Source: Octopus vulgaris (Eukaryota). Taken from it: a DNA stretch of 64,000 nt. The DNA lies in the NCBI GenBank assembly GCA_951406725.2, contig OX597814.1:185256001-185320000 (forward strand), given 5' to 3'. Below the pieces are notes generated by a model. The model was given only the letters and a program-made list of their open reading frames with translations, did not search any database and was not told where the DNA came from. The stretch's first letter is position 1; each line of letters begins with the position of its first letter. Positions 11,330 through 24,545 of the stretch are shown here, one piece after another. Made by a program: the position numbers and the translations under genes.

Positions 11330-12930
11330 GAAAAGCAATTGGAATCATTTTCCACAAACAACTGCATAGCTATCTACTAAACAACTAACCCATCCCCAAA
11401 AAGCAGTTCAGCTTCCAATCGAAGCTTAGTACAACAGATAATCTGAATACATTCTCCTAGACCTGAATCTTGATGTAGAGTAGGAAGTATATGTAAAACT
11501 CTTGAACATCAAAAGAGCTTTTGATCTACTTTGTCACAACGGACTCTATCTTTGCTAAGGTTGAATCCTATAGAAAGTGTGCGAAACTGCTGAGGTGGCT
11601 TTTAAGATATCTTACCTGAAATTGTCATTCTTTCAGGTTGCAACTTTGATCTGCGCCCATCATTGCATCAGTCCTACATGGATCAATTCTTTGACCAGTT
11701 CTGTTCTCAGTTTTCATGAATGGTCAACTCCTGTGAAGTTGAGATGGACCTATATGCTAACGACTGCACGCTGTTTGCACCATTGAGCCTGACAAAAAAG
11801 GCAATGAAGCAACCGCTAACTTAAGCAGAAACCTTGCCAAGATAAAAAGCTTGAGTAGAGGATTGGAAAGCAACATATGGGTCATCAAATTATTCTATCG
11901 AGGAAAAGGAGCCGATCAGAGCACTTTTGTGAAATGCAGGTTGCCAATGAAAAAATAGTTTTAGACGTCATATTGGAGAGACATCGATCTTCGGTAATAG
12001 GATTGGGGCACTACAAAACTGCAGGCAGATTGGACAAAGAAAGAACTGTTGCTTGAGAAATTCCACTTCAAAGTATTCCAGGAATAATGGACAAATACTT
12101 ATCAAACTAAAAATACTACTTAAAATTATACTCGTACACCAAAACAAAAAGAACTGTTCATAAATATTGCAGCTACAGGAACTAATCTTGTGGGAAAATT
12201 TATTATTAGCACAGTTGTCATATTGTCACAATAGAGTGCTTCAAAATGCATTCAGCTGCAACCCGGCAGAACTCAGAACAATACTACTGCGGGGGCTTGA
12301 AAGTCATCATTTTACAAGGCCAAGATCCACATACTCAACGCCAAGATACACATACTCAACGCCAAGATCCACATACTCAATGCCAAGATACACATACTCA
12401 ACGCCAAGATCCACATACTCAACGCCAATATACACATACTCAACGCCAAGATCCACATACTCAACGTCAAGATCCACATACTCAACGCCAAGATCCACAT
12501 ACTCAACGCCAATATACACATACTCAACGCCAATATACACATACTCAACGCCAAGATCCACATACTCAAAGCCAAGATACACATACTCAACGTCAAGATA
12601 CACATACTCAACTCCAGGATGCACATACTCAACGCGAAAATACACATACTCAACGCCAAGATGCACATACTCAACGCCAAGATACACATACTCAACGCCA
12701 AGATACACATACTCAACACCGGGATCCACTCACTAGACGCCAGGACGCATGCACTAGGCAGGAGATTTCTGTATTAAACTATCAGAATCTGAAGCAAAAT
12801 TCCAGAGACGGATCTTGACATAGGAAATACAAGCTTTCGAAGGTTGACTGCACAAGCACTTCTTGACACGCTTGCCTTTGGAAATACAGCGAGACCAAAG
12901 ATTAACCGTTTGGTAAACTATAAGCAAATT
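11330..12930 (+). pseudogene. Highly decayed LINE reverse transcriptase
   Basis: LNIKRAFDLLCHNGL (~11503; LDxxKAFDxVxH-like) and YANDCTL (~11753; YADD-like); many stops and frameshifts. Confidence 0.55.
12320..12761. repeat. 21-bp minisatellite, ~19 good plus 2 degenerate units
   Basis: Unit CCAAGAT(C/A)CACATACTCAACG. Confidence 0.95.
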
Positions 12931-13320
12931 TTTTTTTAACATATTATCGTTAAGGATTGTATGTCAAACAAAAATCATAAAACTGCTACATTCTTTTCAC
13001 CTCAAAATAGGCGAGAAATGTACTTTAAGTTCAACTAATAAAAAAGCAGATGAAAGAATACCAAGGCCAGCCATTTCATAGCTGATAGGATTGCAGTAAT
13101 GACTGGAATAGCTATTCCATGGTTGTTGGATTCATGTTTTTCTCGTCACCTTGGATTATATCTCAAGTGCTCATACGATCACTTATAGGGCGACGAATAT
13201 ATTTTTGCGTAGGTCTGCATGTATCACATACTTATTAAATAGAAAATAAGAGTAAAGAAATACAGGCAGACAGACACAGGGAGAGAAATGTATGCATATA
13301 TATATATATTTGTATAATAA

Positions 13321-13358
<38 letters not shown>

Positions 13359-13880
13359 ATTTGTATATGCATACAGACATATATAGAAGTGTAATATATA
13401 AATATATATTTATATATATATATATACATGTATATATATGTATATATATATACATATATACACACACATATATATATACATATATATATATTTATATACA
13501 TGTATACATATATTCATATAAATAGACAGATAGATATAGATATATACATACATTTATGTGTGTGTATATGTGGGTAAGTGTATATGTATGTATTCATGTA
13601 TGTATGTTTGAATGTATTACGTATGTATGTATTCATGTTTGTATGTATGTATGTATGTATTCATGTTTGTATGTATGTATGTATGTATGTATATATGTTT
13701 GTATGTGTGTATGTATGTTTATGTATTTGTTTTGCGAGATTCTTAATGTGAAATCGTGTGTTGAAACAGATATTGTTATATTTGGGGATGGTCATATTTT
13801 TGCCAATTAAATACACGCACTAAATATTTGATCTGCACCTCAGCTTTATTTTTATTATTTTAGTTTTTTTGCCAAAGCTC

Positions 13881-13909
13881 CTTCGTCACACATCCCGTGA
13901 CCTCTTCAA
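13881..13909 (-). ncRNA. Degenerate hammerhead-like core in a repeat end
   Basis: Minus: tTGAAGA-gGTCAC..GTGAC-GAAg; stem II intact, two core substitutions. Confidence 0.4.
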
Positions 13910-14254
13910 CGATACTTTATCTCACGCGTTTCGTCTTGTTATGTTTATTCCATTTTGTCTTTCTGTAGTATGTATCCTTATCTGCGCATGCGTTTGTATC
14001 TGTATCTGTGTGTGTGCGCATGTGTGTGTGTGTGTGTGTGCACGTGTCTATGTGTTTCGCATGTGTTTTGTGTACGTCTGTATGGCTTGCTTACTACACT
14101 GTACTTCGGAATTAATTTATTTACTGTATTTATTTACTTGTTTCCTTTCTTACTCTGTCTTTAGTATGAGTATGCGCGTCGTGTATATGTATGGAGGAGT
14201 GTTTTGTATAATACTGTTCGTAATATTTGATAATGTATTGTCATTGCCCTGTTA

Positions 14255-14500
14255 CTGCACTTTGGGGAGACAGCACGCAGCATAGGTAAACGGATAGGTG
14301 AATACTGGCGGGATATCAAGAAGAAAAGATCGTCGGGGTTCTACCAATATGCTCAATAAGAACATGGAGATTTGGTTAATAACATAGATGTTAAGATATT
14401 ATCAACACATAGAACAGGCAAAACACTCAGACAAATTACGGATCCTGCACACATAGTTATAGACAGACCGAGCCTCAACAAGAAACATGAATGGAATAAT
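14255..14500 (+). mobile_element. Penelope-like GIY-YIG endonuclease remnant
   Basis: HFGETARSIGKRIGEYW...EH...LRQITDPAHI...LNKKHEW matches the YIGETxRS..R..EH..RQI.E...LN.K.EW pattern; one internal stop. Confidence 0.7.
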
Positions 14501-15489
14501 AACACCACCACCACCACCCCTCTACCACACTACACAACCTGATAACTAATGATACCACGAGGAGAAAAGTTTCGCATGTGGTTGAGCAACAACACCAGCA
14601 ATCGAGTTTCGCTTGTTGTTAAATAACAGCACCGGCTGCTCTTTGAGTCCCTTTAATAGAATTCGATCTATTGTAATGCCATGCCATGCCATGCTATGTT
14701 ATGTAATGGATCAAATCCTTAACTCCATGATAGAGTTGTAGGGACACCGTCGTTGCATAAGACATGCCTTGGGCACATTTAGACTACAGATCTGACCACA
14801 GTCGATTTTTTTCTTCCAGAAGACAGACAAAAAGAAAAAGAGAAAGAAAAGAATCGTTTCCAGGAACAGAAAATAAGATTTATTTAAAGGACCCTTTCAT
14901 GTGAAAGGCAAAGCAGACCTTAGTGAGTTTCGATATCGGAGTGCTGGAATGATTGCCGGAAAGCGATCTATCTATCCAACGCTCTTGTGATTCTGCCGAT
15001 TGGCTGCTTAAAGTAAATTGATACCAAGTTCTGAATGTCAAACGCAACTGCGATGTCCAACCGAACAAAAAATAAAAGCTAACATAAAGGCTACTTATTT
15101 CTCTTTGTCTCAAATTGCAGATTAATCAAAAGAAAACATCGTAAATGTTATGTTAAAAAACAAAAACATCACGCATCTTATTACTCCGTGATTCCTACAC
15201 TGAACAAAGCACAACTTTCAATTACATGACAGTTCGCACTTTAAAATTATCCATTAATAACTACACTTGTTGACTGTTTATGTGTGTTGATATGAGATTT
15301 TCTGAGGATTATGTTCGTGTATGTGTTTATGTATCTGTGCGTTTTGACAACTGATGTCTAGTGTGTGTTGCTTTTATGTGTTTCACTGTAGATTTTTGTT
15401 TTTCTTTGCGGGTGAACTTTCTCTAATGAATACAGAATCATGTCATACGCTCGTGTGTATATAAGATATCATTATTTGAAGAGGGATAG

Positions 15490-16275
15490 AAGGCGGCGAG
15501 CTGGCAGAGTCGATGGCACACTGGACGAAATGCTTAGCGGTATTTCGTCTGCCGCTACGTTCTGAGTTCAAATTCCGCCGAGGTCGACTTTACCTTTCAT
15601 CCTCTCGGGGTTGATAAATTAAGTACCAGTTACGCACTGGAATCGATATAATCGACTTAATCCGTTTGTCTGTCCTTGTTTGTACTCTCTGTGTTTAGCC
15701 CCTTGTGGGTAGTAAAGAAATAGGTATTTCGTCTGCCGTTACGTTCTGAGTTCAAATTCCGTCGAGGTCGACTTTGCCTTTCATCCTTTCGGGGTCGATT
15801 AAATAAGTACCAGTTACTGGGGTCGATATAATCGACTTAATCCATTTTCTGTCCTTGTTTAGCCCCTTGTTGGTTGTAAAGAAATAGGTATTTCGTCCGT
15901 CTTTACATTCCGAGTTCAAATTCTGCCGAGGTCGACTTTGCCCTTCATCCTTTCAGGGTCGATAAAATAAATACCAGTTGATTACTGAGGTCGATGTAAT
16001 CGATTATCCCCCTCCTCCAAATTTCAGGCCTTGTGCCTATAGTAGAAAGGACTATTATAAGAAGGATAAAAGGCGACGAGCTGGTAGAATCGTTACCACG
16101 CTGGAGTAAATGCTTGCCGGTATTTCTTCCAGATCCTTATACTCTGGGTTCAAAATCCGCCGAGGTTGACTATACCTTTCATTCTTTCGAAATCGATAAA
16201 GTAAGCACCCGTTAAATACTGAGGTCTACTTACACTGATCCCTTAAAACTGCTGGCTTTTTGCCAAATTTTGAAA
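15490..16275 (+). mobile_element. Cluster of four SINE B units
   Basis: Full unit at 15490; headless units at ~15722 and ~15887; new head at ~16070. Confidence 0.9.
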
Positions 16276-16334
16276 GATAACTGGACACATCAATCACAAC
16301 AAATTGGCATGGTCGTTAGCGAGCCGGATAAACT

Positions 16335-16537
16335 ATCTTTTACGTATTTTAGTCATTAGGCTCTCGTTAGGCTGCGGTCATGCTGGGGCATTACCTTGGA
16401 GAATTTATTAGTCGAATGACTTCTTAAGTCTGGTACTTATTCTATTGGTTTCTTTTGCCGAACCGCTAATTTACGGGGACGTAAACACACCAGCACCGGT
16501 TGTCAAACGGTGGTGGGTGACAAACATACAAAACATG

Positions 16538-16636
<99 letters not shown>

Positions 16637-16772
16637 GATGGGCTTCTTTTAGTTTCCGCGTAACATATCTACTCACAAGTCTTTGGTCGGCCCGAGGTTA
16701 TAGTAGAAGACACTTGCCCCAAGATGCCACGCAGTGAGACTGAACTCGGAACCATATGTTTGTGAACCAACC
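16335..16772 (-). mobile_element. SINE A
   Basis: Family A motifs on the minus strand. Confidence 0.85.
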
Positions 16773-17479
16773 CATCCAGTTGTCTCTGGATCGTATACGT
16801 TGTTCGAAACCTCTAACTTTGTCGCACTGTATCGCATTGATTCTGGTACACGTATCTGTCGAATACTCAACCGCATCTTACACATTAATTTCTCGAATTA
16901 GAATCCATTTGATCGAACAAGTGACTGTTCATCGTAGAAATCGACGGAGTATCTACTCTCCAGCGCCTTTACTGTAAAATACAAGGAATCTATTGTAAAT
17001 AAATACAAAAAAGAAGCAAGCAAAAAATATAAGATAAACAATTTATTAATCAAAAGACAGAAAGACAGAATTGTATGGGAAAATGTACCAAATTCAATTA
17101 GAGATCTGAAAGCAGTAAACATCGCTTCTGGTTACTTTGATTTGAATGTAAGAGGGTTTTTTATCCTTTTTGTTCTTTTGATTCCTGACTCATAATTCAG
17201 AGTTCGTGGGGTCATAACAGCCACACTGTATTCTTATCCAAACTTCACTGAACCACTGTTCTCTGGAAGATCAATTCCCACTTGGGGCATTTCGTGGCCG
17301 ATGAAGCAAATAAAAGAGTTGTACGGAAAATATAGATTTAATTTAATTGACTTAACCGCTAATCCCTTTCCAAAAAAAATTTTGCCGGACAAAATTCCTT
17401 GTGGTATTTCTAAACATTCCTTTATATTCTGAATTCAAATCCCGCTGGTGACGGCTTTCATCCTTCTGGTTTTTGTTGT

Positions 17480-17700
17480 TGTTGTTTTTGTTTATTTTTA
17501 AGCCTGTGTCACCCTTGATTGAATATATGTATGATTAAACGCATTCCAACTGGAACTACCCCACATTTTTTTTTGTACAACTAAGACCATGTTATCCAAT
17601 ATTTCCTTCCTCCTTCATTTTTGAAAGACGGTTGAATGTGATTTGAAGGATATTTGACTGGTATTGCTAGCACATCGAATTACCATGTTGAAGATTTCTC
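17480..17700. repeat. Old dispersed repeat (related pieces near 9515-9700 and 49445-49575)
   Basis: Shared CATTC(C/T)A...TATCCAAT...GTGATTTGA..GATATTTG.CTG motifs. Confidence 0.5.
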
Positions 17701-17922
17701 CCATCGATCTAACCTGTGTTCCCTTATCGTTTTTTATACATCTTTTTTGAAGCCGAGGAAATATGTAACCGGTTAAAAAAAAACAAGATGGTGGATTATT
17801 ACATCAGGAACAACGATAAAGCGAAAACTGAGTTTGGTAAGAGTATATACGATGGAGAGACTGTTGAGCTTTCATTTGAGTGAGAAAGAAAAAAGGGGAG
17901 GGAAAGAAAGGTGGAGAGAATC

Positions 17923-17964
<42 letters not shown>

Positions 17965-18039
17965 GTATCCTATGTGATGGGTTTGAGGGAATACTGAAAA
18001 TATATAACTGGAGAAGAGAGGCGGGAGGATATATACATT

Positions 18040-18270
18040 CGAAGCGGGTGTAGATAGTATATGCTTAAAATGAAAGCGAAAATCATAGACAGCAACGTAC
18101 GTAGAAGTCAATAGAGTAATGAAGTTCAGTTTGAGAGGAGGGTGATGATGTGTTAGTAAGGCATCTAATTGTAGGTGGTGAGTTAAGGTTTGGTGTAAGG
18201 GGAGGAGTAGTGAGTAGATATCGTTGCTGTGAAAATACACATTAGCATATTGGAAGGGGAGAATAGAGAG
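18040..18270 (-). pseudogene. Possible decayed Penelope-like RT fragment
   Basis: NDIYSL...LDALL...DFRFHFK loosely fits DxxSLY...L.AL...N.F.F; weak. Confidence 0.3.
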
Positions 18271-18870
18271 GAAAGAGAAAACGTTGATAGTGCGACAATG
18301 GTTTGGAAGATGATGATTTAAAACCAGCGAAAAGGAAAATAAATATTTGTTTTATAGGTAGTGTTAAAGGAAAGGGGAAGAAGAGCAATTCATAAGTTGA
18401 TAACTAAATGTGTTTAGAAATACATGTTCAGTAAGAAACAATGCCTGTTGGGGGTTGCTGCTGTGTGCCCATATCCGAGCAATCCTGTGGCACGCAGACA
18501 GATGGTTGAACGACGCCACGTGACCCACAAATTCATTTTTCCCAGTTATGTGATGTCTCCACTTGGCATGGGATCCTACTACACACTCCAGGATACAGGG
18601 AAAATTTTCTTAGAGATGCAGTGTGACAGTATGGACATTCACCCCATTCTCCAGTCTATTTCTGTCCACCACAGACTCTGGAGGTGGCCTCAGAAGAGAC
18701 GAAAAATGGCTAATCTCAGCCAGAGAGGGGCAGTTACTGTCTCAGCACTGACCGGGGCACTATGTGTCCCAGCACAGTGTTTAAAGCTTGTAATGCTATT
18801 GAAGTTGCAGCTACATGTGTGTACATGTGATCCTTATGCTTGTCTAGTTGAGTGGAACATACAGGGGTTT

Positions 18871-19087
18871 TTAACCCTTTATGATTCAGATTACTCTGTC
18901 AAATGTAATACTTTTTCATTCACATTGTTTTGAATTAATCATATATTGTCTCATAGCTTTGAGATTTTGAGATTTTGATAATGTGATTGTTTATTTTTAG
19001 AATGATATAGAAGAGTAGGTGTAAGAAGCTGGATCTGGCCACTTTTAACATAAAACAAGTATAACATTTGGGCCGGATTAAATGCCA
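18871..19087. mobile_element. Probable MITE with a TTAA-CCCTT terminus (piggyBac-like), other end eroded
   Basis: Starts TTAACCCTTT..ATTCAGATTACTCTGTCAAATG; the matching terminal repeat is not intact. Confidence 0.5.
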
Positions 19088-19267
19088 GACATCTTTTGTG
19101 ATACTACCCAAGGATGTTGTATATATGCCTGCATCGTCAGAGATGGTGTTTCGTGTAGCGTCATCGATTCTGTGGATTGAAAATTACTGTGGTAATAAAT
19201 TTAGAGCTTTTGGTTTCTTGGTGTGTTTAATTTGAAGTTGTAACTTGTTAACAATTTATGATAGAGA

Positions 19268-19338
19268 GTACATATGGCGTAGTGGTTAAGAGAGCGGTTT
19301 AATAACCCCAAGATTCCGAGCTTGATGCCAGGCAGTGA

Positions 19339-19403
<65 letters not shown>

Positions 19404-19570
19404 TCAAAAAACACTTTAGGAATGGGAACCCAGGTTCGAAATTTCACCAAAACACCTGATGAAGGCTGGAGGGTGTATCAGCCGAAACGTTGTGTTAACA
19501 AACAAGATGAGGACAAATATCCGTCAAATGTAAATAATGTACATAATTCCTCATCTCTTAAATATAAAAC
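19268..19570 (+). mobile_element. tRNA-headed SINE-like element carrying a hammerhead ribozyme
   Basis: A-box TGGCGTAGTGG (19275), degenerate B-box (~19319), (AAT)n spacer, GGTTCGAA at 19433, hammerhead at 19451-19496. Confidence 0.75.
19451..19496 (+). ncRNA. Minimal type-I hammerhead ribozyme motif
   Basis: AACAC-CTGATGA-a-GGCTGG..TCAGCC-GAAA-CG-TT-GTGTT: 5-bp stem I, 6-bp stem II, palindromic ACGT stem III. Confidence 0.85.
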
Positions 19571-21579
19571 AGTTTTGATTTATTTTGTTTTGTTCTTTTT
19601 TATTGAGGTTTGCTCATAACCAAATAGTTCTAATCTATTGTTTGCACAACTCAATTATTGTTGTTTCTTCCTGTTGGTCAAATGTGGTATTTGTGACTAT
19701 TAAAGGTATACTTGTACTTTGTTTTGCTTCTATTTACTGTGTCATCTATATGCGTTGTAAACACTGTGGACTAGTTTTAAGTAACTTTAAGTATTGCTGT
19801 CTTTGTTGTTTTTCTATGTTGTTATATGCGTAGGATGTTTAAGTTACTGAATGTAAGATATCTTTATATTGTTGATGACTTCTAGTGTTGTTGATAGTTA
19901 GGGAGAAAGCAGAAAATGATGCCTTCAGGAAGGTCGCTATAATTGGTTTAGTGAGGTGTGTGCGTGTGTGTGTTGCCATGGGGATTGTTTAGAATGTAAA
20001 AGGAATTTAGTTTTGGCGATATTATGTTATCTCTTATACTTCCCATACCATTTGAAAACCATGGAGCATTGAAGCCTTCCCCACTCATGAAAGTGTTAAA
20101 GTGTTGCATTTCGATGATCTACCGCCGCTTCTTATTAGCTTACGAATAAATTTGGGGTATCTATACAGTAAGTGCAAGTTTTATTTCTATTCTAAAACTA
20201 TCACCGTTCTGAAAACGTCTGCTCGAACTGATTTTGGCATAATTAGGACATTTGAGTTTCCTGTATTTTGCTAATAAGAATATTCCATAACTTTTTGCAA
20301 CATGATCAATGATGGTAAAAATGTTTCAGAACATAAAGCTGTTTCTAATTTCATGAATGTTGCTGTAATTTTAGATTTTTTTTTTAATGATGTTTACGAA
20401 ATATTTTTGCTTCTTAAACATTATTGTTAAGTGTATTCTCTAAGGAGTTATTTGGAAAAGAAGATAATAATGACACTTCCTGTTTTTAACGTTATTGTTT
20501 TTGTCAATATTATTTTCCCCTTAAGTTGTGTATTTACTAAATTATTCTTAAATACTGTCGCTTACTGGTATTTGTAGTCGTATTTTCAAAACAGTGTAAG
20601 ACATCTTTATGGGTGCTTTTGAACCCGATCAAAGTACATTTTTGGCTACTAAGCGGAAAATATTTCAGTGTTTCCAGTACACGTTGATCGATCGGCCTTC
20701 TAGCTAGGACCAATGTATATTCTTTTCTGTTTTATTATATTCAATGTTAGTTGTAACTTGTGTATTTAACAATTTTTAAAGATGGTAAGATGGCGTTTCA
20801 GTGAGTTTTGTTACAATCTCTTGCAGGTCGATTGACCGTGTAAAGATTTTCTTGTTATTTCGAATAACTATTAGGTGTTCTTAATATGCGACACTTCTCA
20901 GCTGTACAAAGCTGGTTGGTATTATTTTATTTATATACGTTTTTCTATGTTCGATAACTAACAAAATAATCTTGAAATTGACACTGCGTCTTACAGTCAA
21001 TTATCTCACATATTTGGAGAGGGGCGTGGAATTCATTTTCCCTTGTTCCCGAGGGTGAATTTGTAATCTAAGTAATGACTTTTTAAAGTGGTATCATGAG
21101 AATAAATTCTATTTGGCTTTGCTTGGCACATCAATGCAGCTGAATTGAGCTATCGAAGCACTGCAGTACAGGGTAATGTGCCAATAGAGAAACCGGTAGA
21201 GTTAGAGATATTTCTTTGTTCATGAATTATCGAGAATAAACCACAACACAATCCTTAATTTTGCAGTGCACTGTCACGTTTCGTCGAAACAGGCAGCAGC
21301 GTGAAAATCGTTAATATTGGAAACTTGCCTTTGTTAATTTTTTTAAATACCTCCAAGGATTTCTGTTCGTATCAGCATGAAAATTGAATGAGGAAAATAA
21401 TCAGATATTAACGCTAATATGAAATCTTTATTCTACTCAATGAATTCTCTTTAATATATTCGTAATATTACATTACACATATAACTTGTTAGTTATATCT
21501 ATTTATCTATCGATCGATATCTATATATACAGAGTGGGCCAAAAACAACGCACCAAAACATTTGACTATTTATATTACG

Positions 21580-22090
21580 TTATTATTCTTATTATTATTA
21601 TTTCCCGATTGATTTGCATTTTAATTCCTCAACCAGAGACCGAAGGCACGTATATGTTAGATGGAGAGAAACTTCCTGAGAATGCAGGCGGTTGATGTCA
21701 ACTCAGTTTTTTGAGTCTCATTGATCGTTCGTTTCCCAGAGATCTGGTCAAACAATTTATCACTACTTTTCTTGGTCATTCTCAGGGTACCTACAACAAC
21801 AGGGATGGTTTTGGTTTTTAATTGCTACATCCTAGATATCTCAATCTCAAAATCTTTATATTTCGACAGTATTTCAAATTTCTTTTGCTGAGATATTTCT
21901 ATCAGTAGGCACTTCAATTAATAGGCATGTATTTTTTTGTCTTATGTCTTTGATGACGATATCAGGTCTGTTAGCATTTCTTTGCTTGTCTGTATGTATC
22001 CCATAATCCCATAGGCTGATAACATTCCCTTCCCCAATGACTGACTGTGGATGGTGTTCATACCCGTTCTTAAGGTGCGGGATGTTATTA
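21580..22090 (-). mobile_element. Older R4/Dong-like RLE LINE 3' fragment
   Basis: LWDYGIHTDKQRNANRPDIVIKD...IPVVVGTL...TACILRKFLSI*; (AAT)n tail near 21580-21601. Confidence 0.85.
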
Positions 22091-23032
22091 TTGTTGTTGT
22101 TGTTTTATTATTCAGTAGTTTTATTTTTATAACGTGCTTTCACTTCACTACCGAGTGCAGCTCTGTGTGCCTTGGGTATGTTCTGTGGTTTGTTGTGATG
22201 CTCTTTTTGTTACTGTATTGAAAGTGCTTTGCGTAGGATGTGTGCAGTGCCCAGTAGTGCAATTTTCTGTATGTTATATATATTTGTAAGTCCTGGTGTT
22301 TTTGTTATGTATTTGTCTGAATATATTTTTATCATGCCTAATGCACCTACTATGATAGGAATTGTTTCTGTTTTTAGATTCCACATTCTAGTTACCTCTA
22401 TTTCCAGGTCTTTGTATTTTGAAAATTTCTCTATTTCTTTTAGAGAAACGTTGTCATCTGCTGGTATTGATACATCAATTAGAAAGCATTTTTTCTTCAT
22501 GATTTCTGACAACTATATCTGGCCTATTGGCCTTAATTTCTCTATCTGTGTGTATCGGCATATCCCAGAGTATGGTTGCTTTCTCGTATTCTGTGACCTT
22601 TTCTGGTGTGTGCCTATACCATCTTTTTTCTGTTGTTATTCCATAATGTTGGCATAGCTTCCAATGTATGTAGGTTCCAACTCTGTCGCGTCTGTGAATA
22701 TATTCCTTCTTTGGCAGGACTGGGCAGCCAGAGATAATATGATTTATTGTTTCTTGTCCATCTCCACATATTCTGCAGTTACTTGTTATGTTTCTTTTCA
22801 TTATATGTTTTTGGTAATTTCTGGTGGGGAGGCTTTGATCTTGTGCTGCAATTAAAAATCCTTCAGTTTCTGCTTTGAGTCCTGTGCTTCTCAACCATTG
22901 CTGGGATTTTTCTCTGTCTATTTCTTTTGCATTTAGTTTAGCCATGAAAGGACTTTTCTTGCCATCGTTTTATCATGGCTCGTTGCTGTTCTAGTTTTAG
23001 TTTGGATTTCATTTGTTTTATAACATTTGTTG
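22091..23032 (-). mobile_element. R4/Dong-like RLE LINE, 5'-truncated
   Basis: ETEGFLIAAQDQ, CRICGDGQETINHIISGC zinc knuckle, RPDIVV...IDVSIP...KYKDL endonuclease, TAHILRK; two frameshifts; triplet-repeat flanks. Confidence 0.95.
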
Positions 23033-23213
23033 TTTCTTCTTCTTCTTCTTCTTCTTCTTCTTCTTCTTCTTCTTCTTCTTCTTCTTCTTCTTCTTCTTCT
23101 TCATCATCATCATTATCATCATCATCATCATCATCATCATTATTATTATTATTATTATCATTATTATTATTATTATTATCATCCTTATTATTATTATTAT
23201 TATTATCATTATT

Positions 23214-23260
<47 letters not shown>
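23033..23260. repeat. (TTC)n(TCA)n(TTA)n compound triplet array
   Basis: Direct reading. Confidence 0.95.
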
Positions 23261-23397
23261 TTTTGTTCATCATGTACAAATATGTATGTGTTCATTTGCT
23301 ATATTTATTTTATTCAATTTTATAAAAATCGAAACATCCCTGACAATTCGGATCGCATTGAACTTATTTTGTGCGTTACTTTTGTTCCACCCTATGT

Positions 23398-23446
<49 letters not shown>

Positions 23447-23509
23447 GTGTGTGTGTTTGTGCATAGTAATAATGAAAATTACTTCTGGATGGACTATTAT
23501 CGTATGTAT

Positions 23510-23544
<35 letters not shown>

Positions 23545-23976
23545 CACTCACATAAACACATACTGGTACACACGCAGATGGGCACAAAAATGCGCGCACA
23601 TCTATCCACTTGAACTTATACATCTATAAGACATGAAGCAATGTGGTAAGGTAGGTATGAATTCTGCGCTTTTCGTGGAGGTGAAATCTGTGGTGTGGTT
23701 CGGAGGGTGGGACGCTAAGTATGCTAATAACTAGGTTTCTGGGTGGTGTGTCTTGTCAAAGACTGGCAAGGATATCAATCAAGATTGCTTACAGATTCAA
23801 GTGGAAATACTTCCCCACCTATCACCTCGTTTAAAGAATCTACTAATCATTACACTGTACTGGTGATGTGTGGACGTTTCGACTTACATTATAGTTTGTG
23901 CGCGTGTGTAGAGGGGGGCATATGTATATATACATATATGTGTTTGTTTGTGTGTGTGTGTGTGTAGATAGACATC

Positions 23977-24088
<112 letters not shown>

Positions 24089-24121
24089 AAGAATACTATA
24101 TATAATTTGTATATATTCTTA

Positions 24122-24300
24122 TATTCTTTTACTTGTTTCAGCCACTGGATTGCGGCCATTCTGGGGCACCATTTTGGAAGGGTTTTGTGGGGAAAATCGA
24201 ATTCAGTACATCCTTTCTTTTCTCTTTTTAAGCCTGGAACTTAGTTGTTGTTTGCTTTTGCCGAGCCGCAAAGTTACATGGACGTAAACAAACCAATACA
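24122..24300 (-). mobile_element. SINE A 3' half
   Basis: TTTTACTTGTTTCAG..TGCGGCCAT; TTTTGCCGAGCCGC. Confidence 0.75.
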
Positions 24301-24306
24301 CGTGTT

Positions 24307-24345
<39 letters not shown>

Positions 24346-24545
24346 GTGTGTGTGTTTGAGAGAGAGAGAGAAAGCATGTGTGTATACAAAGTCGGGTATG
24401 CCTTCATGTGCTCTAATTTAAAATGCATTTGAATTCTTTTGAAATATCTCAACTTTATAAATTTGGATGTACCCAAAACGAATACCCGTTCTATGTGGTC
24501 GATTGGCTTAACCCACCTCTCGGACCTTGTTGTTAGAAGCGCCAC

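Noticed and set aside
12167-12818. YSTPRST heptad ORF resembling the RNA polymerase II CTD
   Set aside because: A 21-bp minisatellite open in several frames on both strands; no flanking RPB1 sequence.
18424-18933. 169-aa ORF
   Set aside because: No recognisable motif, runs into a MITE-like repeat, and is probably decayed element sequence.
20000-20700. Possible additional Penelope/LINE coding relics (also 24700-25230, 39500-39780, 44100-44760, 56100-56400)
   Set aside because: Only fragmentary motif resemblance by eye; needs a translated profile search.
21140-21206. CTGAATTGA...GAAACCGGTA hammerhead-like string
   Set aside because: The core has extra bases and no stem I could be formed.
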